DNA of 33,091 nucleotides. It comes from a virus (Duplodnaviria; Caudoviricetes). Every line of letters starts with the position of its first letter. Position 1 is the first letter of the stretch. Location: the IMG/VR virus record IMGVR_UViG_3300037424_003016, positions 1 to 33,091 of that record; one strand, written 5' to 3'. Below are positions 7,786 through 16,046 of this stretch, one piece after another. The notes below the pieces were generated by a model that had not been told where the DNA came from, made no database searches, and saw nothing but the letters and a program-made list of their open reading frames with translations. The translations under genes and the position numbers were made by a program.

Positions 7786-9774
7786 TCATTTTGAAAGTAA
7801 CACCTCCAGTCCAGCTTGAAGCATTTTATCCTTATCGTGAACAGGATGATAAACAATATTAGGATCATTTCTTACTGCATTTCCTAGATCATAAGTTCCA
7901 CCAATTTCAAAAAGTACAACATGATTATTAGGATTACTTGCTATTTCTTTCATTTTCTTAGCTTCTCTTTGTGTTCGACCATCAATAACTAAACTACCGT
8001 CAGTTACAACAACATATGTTCTTTGCTGTCCATCACGATAATTTGTGATATTGATATCTTCTTCATCATAACCATTATTAGGCTTAAACAAAGCACTTAA
8101 AGGTCCTGTTTCTCCTTTCCAAAATTGATCAACAGTTACAATATCTGAACTTACTTGAGAATTACCAAAATTATGAATTCTCATTTTTGCTTGTTTACTG
8201 ACTTGTTTTTCTCCTTGATATAAAGCATCAACAAAACCATACATGACATGACTAAGCATATCCCATCTACTTCCGTCATTTACTTTATATCTGCCAGCAG
8301 TACCGCCAAACATACTTCCTGAACTGTCAAGATAAAACTCAACCATATCAGGAACATTCATATGAGCATCAACATAAACAATATCTTTAAGATCTCGCTC
8401 TTTTAATTCATATTCATTAAGTCGATAAGTGCCATTTCCTAAATCCATAAGCCATGGCAAACGAGTTTTCTTTTGTAAAGTACTGATTCTTCCAAGATTT
8501 ACTCTACTTAATTGGTCTTCTGTAAGGACGGTGCTCTTCTTTAGATTCCAATATTCTTGTTTTCCAACTACAACACTCTCGCCAAATTTTTTACCTCCAA
8601 GAATTTGAACCTTAGGATGATTTCGTTTGTAAAATTCATGTGTAGCTAAAACATCAAGATTTTTCATCTCATCAGCACTAGAATCTTTACTGCCAGGTTT
8701 TTTACTATCAACTTCATGGAGAAGTTGCATCTGAGATGCAGCCTGTTGTAAATCACCATCACTTTCTTGAGCTAAACCTTGAACGAATTGCTGTTGTTCA
8801 ACAGGTGTCATATCATCTAATAAATCTTGTAAAATATTTTGAGGTGAAGCACCGCTACCAGCACCTTGCATATCAGGTCTTCCTTGAGGCATTCCTTTCT
8901 GAACATAAGGACCTAATACAGCCATAAAACGTTCAATACCCTTATATCTATCATCTCCAGAAAAAACATCTCTAACAGCACTAACATAAGCTTGAACACG
9001 CTCATAAGTCTCTTGATTAGAATCACTTCCAAATAAAGATTTAGCTCTATCGACTAACGAAGCTCCTTTCGATTTAGGTAAATCAACAGATTGACCGATT
9101 AAACTGCCTAAAGCTTTCTCAGCAACAGCAACTCCTTCTTTGCCAGATTTACCTTCAAAGAAGCCATGGGTGCTTGCAGGACCGTACATAACTCCATACA
9201 AGAATCTTGTAACAGTATAAAAATTAGTTTCAGAAGGAGAATTTTGTAATTCTAACAAGTCCCAAGTAGGAATAATATCATCTCTAACATACTCTCCTTC
9301 TTTATTATCTAATGCAAAACGGTTATCTAAAATAAAATCTTTAACTCCATTTTGAGATGCTTGAACCTTAACTACTTGTTCAAGTGGACTAAGATTTGGT
9401 TCAGCTTTTACAACTCCACGCCTAATAGCTTGATGAATTAATTTATTATCATTGTTTTCTCCTTCCACACTAAACGGAGCTTCAATAGGATGATAAAGTT
9501 CATGATGTAATAAATAATGTAAAGTTTCTTTTGCTAATTCTTCAGGAGTCCCATCCCAATACTTAGCAACAACATCTTCAAACTTTTGAGCTAAATTATT
9601 ATCTTGAGAAATTTCTGCATAAATTCTTTTAAGATCAGTTGAAAATGTCCAGTCACGACCATTTTGTGCAACTCTTCGAATAACAGGGGTATCACTACGT
9701 AAAGGAAAGTCTCTCCTGACGTCATCACGCCAGTCACGTTCAGCTTCATTAAGAAGCAATTGCATATCTTTCAT
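7786..9774 (-). CDS. vWA-domain protein with N-terminal HExxH putative metallopeptidase domain (MoxR partner, DUF2201-like architecture)
   Basis: HHELYH motif in the N-terminal part; MIDAS DSSGS, later VVVTDG; Q/G-rich linker between the domains; ATGA overlap with target 1. Confidence 0.8.
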   Translation of the reverse strand: MKDMQLLLNEAERDWRDDVRRDFPLRSDTPVIRRVAQNGRDWTFSTDLKRIYAEISQDNNLAQKFEDVVAKYWDGTPEELAKETLHYLLHHELYHPIEAPFSVEGENNDNKLIHQAIRRGVVKAEPNLSPLEQVVKVQASQNGVKDFILDNRFALDNKEGEYVRDDIIPTWDLLELQNSPSETNFYTVTRFLYGVMYGPASTHGFFEGKSGKEGVAVAEKALGSLIGQSVDLPKSKGASLVDRAKSLFGSDSNQETYERVQAYVSAVRDVFSGDDRYKGIERFMAVLGPYVQKGMPQGRPDMQGAGSGASPQNILQDLLDDMTPVEQQQFVQGLAQESDGDLQQAASQMQLLHEVDSKKPGSKDSSADEMKNLDVLATHEFYKRNHPKVQILGGKKFGESVVVGKQEYWNLKKSTVLTEDQLSRVNLGRISTLQKKTRLPWLMDLGNGTYRLNEYELKERDLKDIVYVDAHMNVPDMVEFYLDSSGSMFGGTAGRYKVNDGSRWDMLSHVMYGFVDALYQGEKQVSKQAKMRIHNFGNSQVSSDIVTVDQFWKGETGPLSALFKPNNGYDEEDINITNYRDGQQRTYVVVTDGSLVIDGRTQREAKKMKEIASNPNNHVVLFEIGGTYDLGNAVRNDPNIVYHPVHDKDKMLQAGLEVLLSK

Positions 9775-9788
9775 TGTTTGAACCTTCT

Positions 9789-10712
9789 CTATTTTCGCGC
9801 GCTTGGCGCCTCCGGCGCTACCCCGACAAACCGGCCACCATTGTTTAGATAACCGTAGCCGCCGAGACCGTCATAACCACCATTAAGGAACAGGACACGG
9901 CCCTGAGGAGTACCAGCATCACGACCACTAAAAGGATGATAACAACCTAAGTCTCCATCAGATGCTTTTGCCATTTCATAGTATGGTTCTAAATTCTCAA
10001 TGCCTCCTGCTCGAGCAATTACTAAAGGATTTTCCATAAAATCTTTCTTTTGATGGTAACCTGACTTTGTTCCTTGAGCCATAGAATAAGGCATTACAAC
10101 ACCAAATCTATGAGGCAAATCAGAAACACCTTTCTTAATTTCATCATCAAAATGATATAATTTAATTGCAGATCCATCAGGAAGCTTACCATCTAGCAAA
10201 TCATCAAATTCTTGAGGTTCATATTTAGCACTATTACTAATTAATCCCTCATCATAAGCTTTCATAATTCTATCAGGAGTTAATATGCCTCCGCCATTAA
10301 CAACCACTAAAACAGGTTCATTTGTAGAATAAAATCTGCCTTTTGTATCAATACCTATATTTTCTTCAGTATGAACTGCATACCATTTTTGCCAAAAATC
10401 ATGACTTTTATCTGCTTTTAATTTAGTAGCAATAAGCTCAGGGATTGTAGCTACATAACCATTAGCTCCAACATAATCTAAAGCTTCTTGAAGAGCAACT
10501 GCTAAACCAATATAATAACCATCTTTCTTTTTTTCACTAAAAAAAGTCTTTCCCTTCAAAATATCATCAATATTAACGATACTTTGAGAAGTAATGGGCT
10601 GTGTTCTATTTGGATTATTAATAGGTTGTCTTACAGGTATTTCTTGTCCAGGAATCCAACCCGTAGCTTGAATGAATTTCTCCAAATCTTTATCAGGAAT
10701 TATTCGAGTCAT
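9789..10712 (-). CDS. DGR target protein 2 (C-type-lectin-like variable protein), intact
   Basis: C-terminal VR; YVATIPEL helix and terminal GRFVGV strand typical of DGR CLec-fold targets; paralog of 6887-7789. Confidence 0.9.
   Translation of the reverse strand: MTRIIPDKDLEKFIQATGWIPGQEIPVRQPINNPNRTQPITSQSIVNIDDILKGKTFFSEKKKDGYYIGLAVALQEALDYVGANGYVATIPELIATKLKADKSHDFWQKWYAVHTEENIGIDTKGRFYSTNEPVLVVVNGGGILTPDRIMKAYDEGLISNSAKYEPQEFDDLLDGKLPDGSAIKLYHFDDEIKKGVSDLPHRFGVVMPYSMAQGTKSGYHQKKDFMENPLVIARAGGIENLEPYYEMAKASDGDLGCYHPFSGRDAGTPQGRVLFLNGGYDGLGGYGYLNNGGRFVGVAPEAPSARK
9806..9818 (-). other. DGR target-recognition hairpin GCGCC-GGA-GGCGC 3' of VR2/IMH
   Basis: Identical to the hairpin at 6904-6916. 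Confidence 0.8.
9818..9903 (-). repeat. DGR variable repeat VR2 with IMH (CGGGGTAG)
   Basis: 15 mismatches to TR by manual alignment, all at TR adenines (2 in IMH). Confidence 0.97.
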
Positions 10713-10717
10713 TTTAT

Positions 10718-12307
10718 CTACCTCACAATAGAACCTAACCTGTGCTCATAGATACTGCTTTGTCCTTTTTTAGCTTGATAGATTTCTCCAAAAGCTTTTA
10801 TTGCGTCAGGTCCTTTTTCTTTTAGAGCAGAAGAAATATCTCCCTCATATGACCTACTAAAATGATCAAGCACTACAAGGTCAGCTAACACTCTTGATCT
10901 CATTGTTGCTTGAGCTGCACTTGTTGCTTGAGTATTAAGTTGAGACATATTATGTTGTAAAAAATTAAGATATTCCTTAAATCCATGTTCTTGACCAACT
11001 TTAATAGCCCCTTGCCATGCAGCTTGTCTTAATCCATATCCTTCAGGGATTCCAGCACCCTTATGCATATCGGCATAAGCTGATCTAGCATCATTTACAA
11101 GAGCCATTAAACTACCATAATCAGTACCTGTAATTGTTTTACTTTCTAAAATAACTCCAATTCCTGCAGTAACATCATTTAAACCAACAGATGCATCATA
11201 CGAACCATCTTTTACTCCTTTAATAAATCCAAGAAGTCGTGACAAATCTCTGATTTTTCTAAGATCACGTCTAACAAATCCATGCTTTAATTTACCTTGC
11301 GCATCAAGAATCTTTCTATAATTATTATCATCTCTAACTGAAAAATTTGGAGTAACACCTGCTTGTTGTAGTAATTCGATATTTCTTTCAAATGTTTGTT
11401 TAGGATCATAACCTACATAGCCAAGAGCTACATCAATAAATTCTCTTGTTTGACCGTCAAGTTGAGATGGGAATTGCTCAGGATCTGTTATAATTGGATA
11501 AACTTCTTTCCAATTACCTTTTACACCTGAACGTTTAGCAAATTCATTCCAAAACTGTTCATGTAAATCTCCTGCTAATGTTTTTTCTAACTGACTTGAT
11601 CCAGCTTCTGCAACTCCATTAGGAAATTTGAATTTTAAGAATCTGTTTTCTCCTGCGATATCAAGGTCAAGTGTTGCACTATGTTCTGCATCCGCAGGGT
11701 TCATAGCAGCTAAGATGGCAAGTCCTTTGTAACTGCCATCTTTTCCAGGAATAGGAAGACGTAAATATCCAGTATCTCCATTGACGTGTACTACGCCATC
11801 AACTACTTGAAATACTTCTTGACTATCTCCTCTGTTAATTTCATCAATAAATAATGCTCCGTATTTAGAACATTTTTCTTGGTCAATCCTTGTTTTTGGT
11901 ACTCCATTCTCTAAAGTGGTTTTAGTAAAAGGTTCAAGAGCGGAACTACCTAAAACTCCTCCGCTAAGTCTAAGAGTGTAATGACCATCAGGACCGAATA
12001 CTGCACTAAATAAGGCATCACTTGTGTACGTTTTTCCAACACCTGTTACACCTTCATAAAGCACGTGAAAATCATCAAAAAACATGGACGCAGTATCAAT
12101 ATCAAGTACTGTTACCTCGGTTGAATTTGGAGAAGGTAATCTTCCTTTTCCATTTAAGAATTTTACGTCAACATTATCTCCTTCTGTGATCTCCATATAA
12201 GGTGTAGGGGATACAACGCCATCAAGTGTGTCATACAAAGTTTGAACGAAATGTTTTCTCATTTCCTTATAATCTTTTTTTTCAGTTGCCATTTTGTACT
12301 TCTCCAT
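10718..12307 (-). CDS. MoxR-like AAA+ ATPase; probable start ATG 12292
   Basis: Walker A GVTGVGKT, Walker B LFIDEINR, sensor-1 AAMNP, arginine finger AGENRF. Confidence 0.88.
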   Translation of the reverse strand: MEKYKMATEKKDYKEMRKHFVQTLYDTLDGVVSPTPYMEITEGDNVDVKFLNGKGRLPSPNSTEVTVLDIDTASMFFDDFHVLYEGVTGVGKTYTSDALFSAVFGPDGHYTLRLSGGVLGSSALEPFTKTTLENGVPKTRIDQEKCSKYGALFIDEINRGDSQEVFQVVDGVVHVNGDTGYLRLPIPGKDGSYKGLAILAAMNPADAEHSATLDLDIAGENRFLKFKFPNGVAEAGSSQLEKTLAGDLHEQFWNEFAKRSGVKGNWKEVYPIITDPEQFPSQLDGQTREFIDVALGYVGYDPKQTFERNIELLQQAGVTPNFSVRDDNNYRKILDAQGKLKHGFVRRDLRKIRDLSRLLGFIKGVKDGSYDASVGLNDVTAGIGVILESKTITGTDYGSLMALVNDARSAYADMHKGAGIPEGYGLRQAAWQGAIKVGQEHGFKEYLNFLQHNMSQLNTQATSAAQATMRSRVLADLVVLDHFSRSYEGDISSALKEKGPDAIKAFGEIYQAKKGQSSIYEHRLGSIVR

Positions 12308-12434
12308 CTAGAATTTTTATTTTAATTTCAACAAGCATTTTAGGTCTAAGTTTATCTCTTAGGAAGGCTGGAATAATAATTATATTCTGAGCTCCTTGCT
12401 TGCTGATTTGTTTTGTTAGTGTAAATTCATTCAT
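12282..12434 (-). CDS. AbrB/SpoVT-like small DNA-binding protein (50 aa from ATG 12434)
   Basis: KQISKQGAQNIIIIPAFLRDKL...VEIKI swapped-hairpin pattern; GGTGA RBS upstream; overlaps the AAA+ start. Confidence 0.65.
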   Translation of the reverse strand: MNEFTLTKQISKQGAQNIIIIPAFLRDKLRPKMLVEIKIKILDGEVQNGN

Positions 12435-12489
12435 TATACGTTCACCATATAAATCACATAACATTTGTATGTTATCACTGTGAGGTAGA

Positions 12490-12534
12490 CACTACTACTA
12501 TTTAAATCTTTCTACTATTAGTCATTTAGTAGTG
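12490..12534 (-). promoter_or_regulatory. Candidate operon promoter: TATA-like TTTAAATA (12506-12499) flanked by inverted repeat CACTACTA / TAGTAGTG
   Basis: Seen in the intergenic region upstream of the AbrB-AAA-target-vWA-target operon. Confidence 0.4.
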
Positions 12535-12608
12535 GTTATAGTTTAATCGATTACTCCACCATTTATAAAGAAATAGCTAATTCTTTAAAAAGTTCTCCAA
12601 TATAAACA

Positions 12609-12803
12609 TTACTCAGTTATGGGAAATTTTTCAATAATTATGAACTCTTTATCACCTGATCTGACTGCACTAACTTGAACTTTGCTACCGCTCTTTAAAC
12701 CAATAGCTTTAGCTTCACGAGTGACCAAAACCCCAATTCCATTCCCGTAAGTATTCAACTGTTTTACAGATCTTTCGATGATTTCTTTTTTTGAATCAGT
12801 CAT
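12609..12803 (-). CDS. Second AbrB/SpoVT-like protein (64 aa from ATG 12803)
   Basis: KQLNTYGNGIGVLVTREAKAIGLKSGSKVQV...IIIEK matches the AbrB-fold pattern. Confidence 0.7.
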   Translation of the reverse strand: MTDSKKEIIERSVKQLNTYGNGIGVLVTREAKAIGLKSGSKVQVSAVRSGDKEFIIIEKFPITE

Positions 12804-12810
12804 ATATTGT

Positions 12811-12906
12811 ATAATACTGTATATAACTAATAAACACAGTATTATACTGTATATTACATATCCTTTGAACAAAGTTAATAAATAAATGTAAGATACTGTA
12901 TATTAC
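12811..12906. promoter_or_regulatory. Operator-like repeat array in the divergent promoter region between the AbrB-like gene and RT
   Basis: ATACTGTATAT at 12814, 12844 and 12893 (last two extend to ATACTGTATATTAC); inverted copy gives palindrome ACAGTAT-T-ATACTGT at 12836-12850. Confidence 0.6.
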
Positions 12907-12907
12907 T

Positions 12908-14584
12908 ATGGATGATAAAAAAGGCATTCTTGTAGAAATATATGATGAAGTTTGTTCATATGAAAATTTAGAGCTAGCATTTCAAAGAGCCAGAAGGGGA
13001 AAAACACTAAAGCAGTATGTGATTGATTTTGAAAAAGATTTAAAGGAAAATTTATTACAATTAAGATCAGAACTTCTTTTACATACATACGAACCAAGAC
13101 CATTAAAAACATTCATTCTACGAGATCCAAAAACAAGAAAAATTAGTAAATCCGCATTTAGAGACAGAGTCATTCATCATGCAATATATAACGTTATAGA
13201 ACCTGTTTTTGATAAGCGATTTGTTCATGATTCGTTTGCTAATAGAATTGGTAAAGGAACTCTTAATGCGATAAAACGATTTGATGTTTTCAAGAGAAAA
13301 GTATCTAAGAATAATACTATAAAATGTTATGTTCTTAAAGCAGATATTAAAAGTTATTTTGATACAGTTGATCATGAGATTTTAATAAAACTTCTATGTA
13401 AAAGAATTCATGATGGGAGATTAATGTGGCTAATTAGAATTATATTAAATAATCATCAAGGAAAAGTATCGAGTAAGGGGATGCCTTTAGGAAATCTAAC
13501 ATCTCAATTCTTTGCTAACTTGTATCTTAATGAGCTTGATCAATATGTTAAACAAAAACTCCGAGCAAAATATTATATAAGATATGTAGATGATTTTGTA
13601 ATCCTACATCAATCTAGAATTCAATTAGAAGAGTATAAGGAAAAGATAGACCAGTTTCTCAAAGAAAAATTAGAATTAAAATTACATCCATTTAAATCTC
13701 AAATTATAAAATTAGAAAAGGGAATTCCTTTCTTAGGAATTAGAGTCTTTTATCATCACAAACTTCTCGTTAAAAAGAATATGAGAAAATTTGAGAAAAA
13801 AATGGAAGTTATGAAAAAAGACTATCAATTGGAGAAAATAGAACGTGAAAAGGTAATGGAAAAATATGAGGGATGGATTGCCTACGCATCACATGCCAAT
13901 ACATACAAATATAGAAAACGAATGACTAGCAAATTAAATCATTCTTTCCCTGCTCAACCTGAAGTAAAAATTACTGCAGTAAAAAAACATGAGAATTTTC
14001 ATAAAAAAGTTGATCTGAGTAAAATTGATTTTACTCAACAAAAAACTTTACAATTAATTAATAGAGGAGTATCCATTGAAAACATCGCTAAACAAAGAAA
14101 CTTAAAGATTGGAACTGTGTGGGATCATATTGCGAATTTAGTAGAACAACATCAAGTACCTCTGAAAAAAATACTTTCTCCAAAGAAAGTCCATAAAATT
14201 TTATATGCAATAGAATCTCCAGAAGATAAACTCAAAGATATCAAACAAAGAATAAATGATGAATCAATAAGTTATAATGAAATTCAAGTTGTGTTGGCAA
14301 ACGTAAAAGCTAAACATAAGAAGAAAAGTATATCCTATTACGCTGAATGGTATCAACGAACAAATTGTTTTAGAAAATGCTATTACAATAAAGATCAAAG
14401 AAAGGAATGCAGAGTTAAATTTCAGCAATTAGTAGCAAAAGGATTGAATATGGATTTCTCAAAACATGATTTTCTGGATTTTTTCCATAATCACGTAAAT
14501 ATCTGTGTTCTACCTGAGAAAGATAAAAAAAGATTTATGTCTTGGGAAGAATTTAAGAAATCAATTAAAAGAAAGAAAAAATAA
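12908..14584 (+). CDS. DGR reverse transcriptase with C-terminal HTH (RecQ/YpbB HTH_40-like) and Cys-rich extension
   Basis: FRDRVIHHA, KADIKSYFDTVDH, GMPLGNLTSQ (DGR-type GxxxSQ), YIRYVDDF; extension TLQLINRGVSIENIAKQRNLKIGTVWDHI. Confidence 0.96.
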   Translation: MDDKKGILVEIYDEVCSYENLELAFQRARRGKTLKQYVIDFEKDLKENLLQLRSELLLHTYEPRPLKTFILRDPKTRKISKSAFRDRVIHHAIYNVIEPVFDKRFVHDSFANRIGKGTLNAIKRFDVFKRKVSKNNTIKCYVLKADIKSYFDTVDHEILIKLLCKRIHDGRLMWLIRIILNNHQGKVSSKGMPLGNLTSQFFANLYLNELDQYVKQKLRAKYYIRYVDDFVILHQSRIQLEEYKEKIDQFLKEKLELKLHPFKSQIIKLEKGIPFLGIRVFYHHKLLVKKNMRKFEKKMEVMKKDYQLEKIEREKVMEKYEGWIAYASHANTYKYRKRMTSKLNHSFPAQPEVKITAVKKHENFHKKVDLSKIDFTQQKTLQLINRGVSIENIAKQRNLKIGTVWDHIANLVEQHQVPLKKILSPKKVHKILYAIESPEDKLKDIKQRINDESISYNEIQVVLANVKAKHKKKSISYYAEWYQRTNCFRKCYYNKDQRKECRVKFQQLVAKGLNMDFSKHDFLDFFHNHVNICVLPEKDKKRFMSWEEFKKSIKRKKK

Positions 14585-14616
14585 GTTAATCTTAACCTTC
14601 TAATTCTTCTTTTCTA

Positions 14617-14650
14617 CTAAAATAATATTAAGAAAAAAACAGATTTCTAT
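14617..14650 (+). promoter_or_regulatory. 34-bp perfect repeat, copy 1; putative late promoter
   Basis: CTAAAATAATATTAAGAAAAAAACAGATTTCTAT ends 4 nt before ATG 14655; identical at 20156-20189. Confidence 0.7.
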
Positions 14651-14654
14651 TGTT

Positions 14655-15572
14655 ATGTCAGTTGAATTAATCCAAGAGATAAACTCTTTTATTGAAAACT
14701 CGCAAGAGCCACAGGACTCAAAAGCTTTGATAGATAATTTCATCGCATATAACGATGCGACAGTCCAAGAGATTAATCAATTCATTGAGTTATTGTCTGA
14801 TTGGGATAGTAAAGAATCTGAAAGAGAAGAAAAATTATCTAAAGGACTTGCTGAGAACTGGGAAGACACACCTAATGAAGTTGTCTGTGTATTTCAAGAA
14901 GCATCAGAGTTTATTGGAGAATCTTTTAGAAATAGATACTTAGGTAATGGCATCTATATCTTGACAGGAGTTCTTAAGGATTCTGAGACTGGACAAATAG
15001 CAATTCATAGTTTTAAGTTCAATAAACAAGAGCCACATAAATGGTCTTTGGAAAGATCACAGGATTGGATTGAAGGAAAAAAAGTATTTGATAATTCTAA
15101 AGTTGCAAAGAATCTCAAATATGTTGAGATTGGTAATGTTAAGATTCAGCATTTGCTAAAAGAAGGTGCTGGATTAAAGATTACAGGAATTGCAATAAGT
15201 GAAGGGACATGGAATGGAATATATTATCCTGCTGAAGAAATAGAAAAGGCTTGTCCTAGTTTAGAAGGAAAACCTTTGCGTATTGATCATTCATCAAGCT
15301 CACGAGATATTGTTGGAAAAGTTTTGAAAGCAGTCTACAATCAGGCTAAGAAATGTATTGAGTTTGAAGCGATTGTAACTGATGAAGAAATTGCACAGAA
15401 ACTATTGGATAACTTAATTGATTCTGTGAGTGTAGGTGTATTGATAGACAATGAAGAAGAGAATGGGCAACAGGTAGCTCGTAATCTTGAGTTTAAAGAA
15501 TTAAGCTTGGTGGATGAACCAGCTTGTAAAGATGCAAAAATTCAACCTGTAAAAAACGGAGGTACTGATTAA
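14655..15572 (+). CDS. Prohead (capsid maturation) protease with N-terminal extension
   Basis: GTWNGIYYPAEEI, PLRIDH, SVSVG, ELSLVDEPA motifs of HK97-type prohead proteases; position before scaffold and capsid genes. Confidence 0.8.
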   Translation: MSVELIQEINSFIENSQEPQDSKALIDNFIAYNDATVQEINQFIELLSDWDSKESEREEKLSKGLAENWEDTPNEVVCVFQEASEFIGESFRNRYLGNGIYILTGVLKDSETGQIAIHSFKFNKQEPHKWSLERSQDWIEGKKVFDNSKVAKNLKYVEIGNVKIQHLLKEGAGLKITGIAISEGTWNGIYYPAEEIEKACPSLEGKPLRIDHSSSSRDIVGKVLKAVYNQAKKCIEFEAIVTDEEIAQKLLDNLIDSVSVGVLIDNEEENGQQVARNLEFKELSLVDEPACKDAKIQPVKNGGTD

Positions 15573-15573
15573 A

Positions 15574-16035
15574 ATGACTGAACCAAAAGAAATGGAACAC
15601 GCAAAATCATTATTGAAAAAAGCCTCAGATGAACTAGCAGAGAAGAACAAAGAGATTACTAAACTAAAAGAAGACTTGTCTTCAAAAGATAAACTAATCT
15701 CTGATCTTACTGCAAAGCATGAATCTCTTAGTAAAGAGTTCGAGGTACTTTCAAAGGAGCTTAAGGAGATTAAGCAAGAAGCACGATATGTTGTACTAAA
15801 AGAAGTTATTGATGCTGAAGAAAAACTTGGTGTCTTAGATGCTTCAAAGGAAGACAGACTAGCAGAATTAAGGAAACTTGATGATGCAGGTGGATTTGAT
15901 TTGTATGCAAAACAAACGAAAAGAATTTTGGAATTGCATAAGACAGTTGGCGAGAGAAAATCTCTTGTGAATAACTCAAATCAGGTAACTGACAAAAAAC
16001 AAGAAATTGCTCAAGCATTGGGCATGAAGGTATGA
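15574..16035 (+). CDS. Putative scaffolding protein (coiled coil)
   Basis: Heptad-rich K/E sequence between protease and capsid genes. Confidence 0.6.
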   Translation: MTEPKEMEHAKSLLKKASDELAEKNKEITKLKEDLSSKDKLISDLTAKHESLSKEFEVLSKELKEIKQEARYVVLKEVIDAEEKLGVLDASKEDRLAELRKLDDAGGFDLYAKQTKRILELHKTVGERKSLVNNSNQVTDKKQEIAQALGMKV

Positions 16036-16046
16036 GGTAATCCAAA

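Larger units (their letters stand above)
6887..7789 (-). pseudogene. DGR target protein 1 (C-type-lectin-like variable protein, 300 codons) interrupted by an in-frame TAG at 6971-6973 inside VR1
   Basis: Reading through the TAG gives GRVLFLGDD*DGLYGDYSLNYGGRFVGVAPEAPSARK-TAA, the same C-terminus as paralog 9789-10712. Confidence 0.85.
6575..14584. mobile_element. Diversity-generating retroelement cassette (TR RNA, two VR targets, vWA-peptidase, AAA+, two AbrB-like genes, RT) within the head module
   Basis: DGR-type RT plus one TR and two VRs differing almost only at TR adenines; interrupts the portal-protease gene order; mostly opposite strand to the viral genes. Confidence 0.93.

Noticed and set aside
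10717-12489. 11-bp inverted repeat TCTACCTCACA / TGTGAGGTAGA flanking the AAA+ gene as an invertible segment
   Set aside because: Short, overlaps an SD-like sequence, and no recombinase is present; compatible with chance.
12817-12839. LexA/SOS box (CTGT...ACAG)
   Set aside because: Spacer is 15 nt rather than 8, and the context looks archaeal.
12908-14584. Group II intron, retron or Abi-type RT
   Set aside because: GNLTSQ motif, YVDD and a cognate TR/VR set with adenine-specific mismatches identify a DGR RT; no intron domain V/VI was seen.
6560-14625. Target-site duplication or terminal repeats at the cassette ends
   Set aside because: Only low-complexity A-rich similarity (TAAAAATAA versus TAAAATAA); not convincing.
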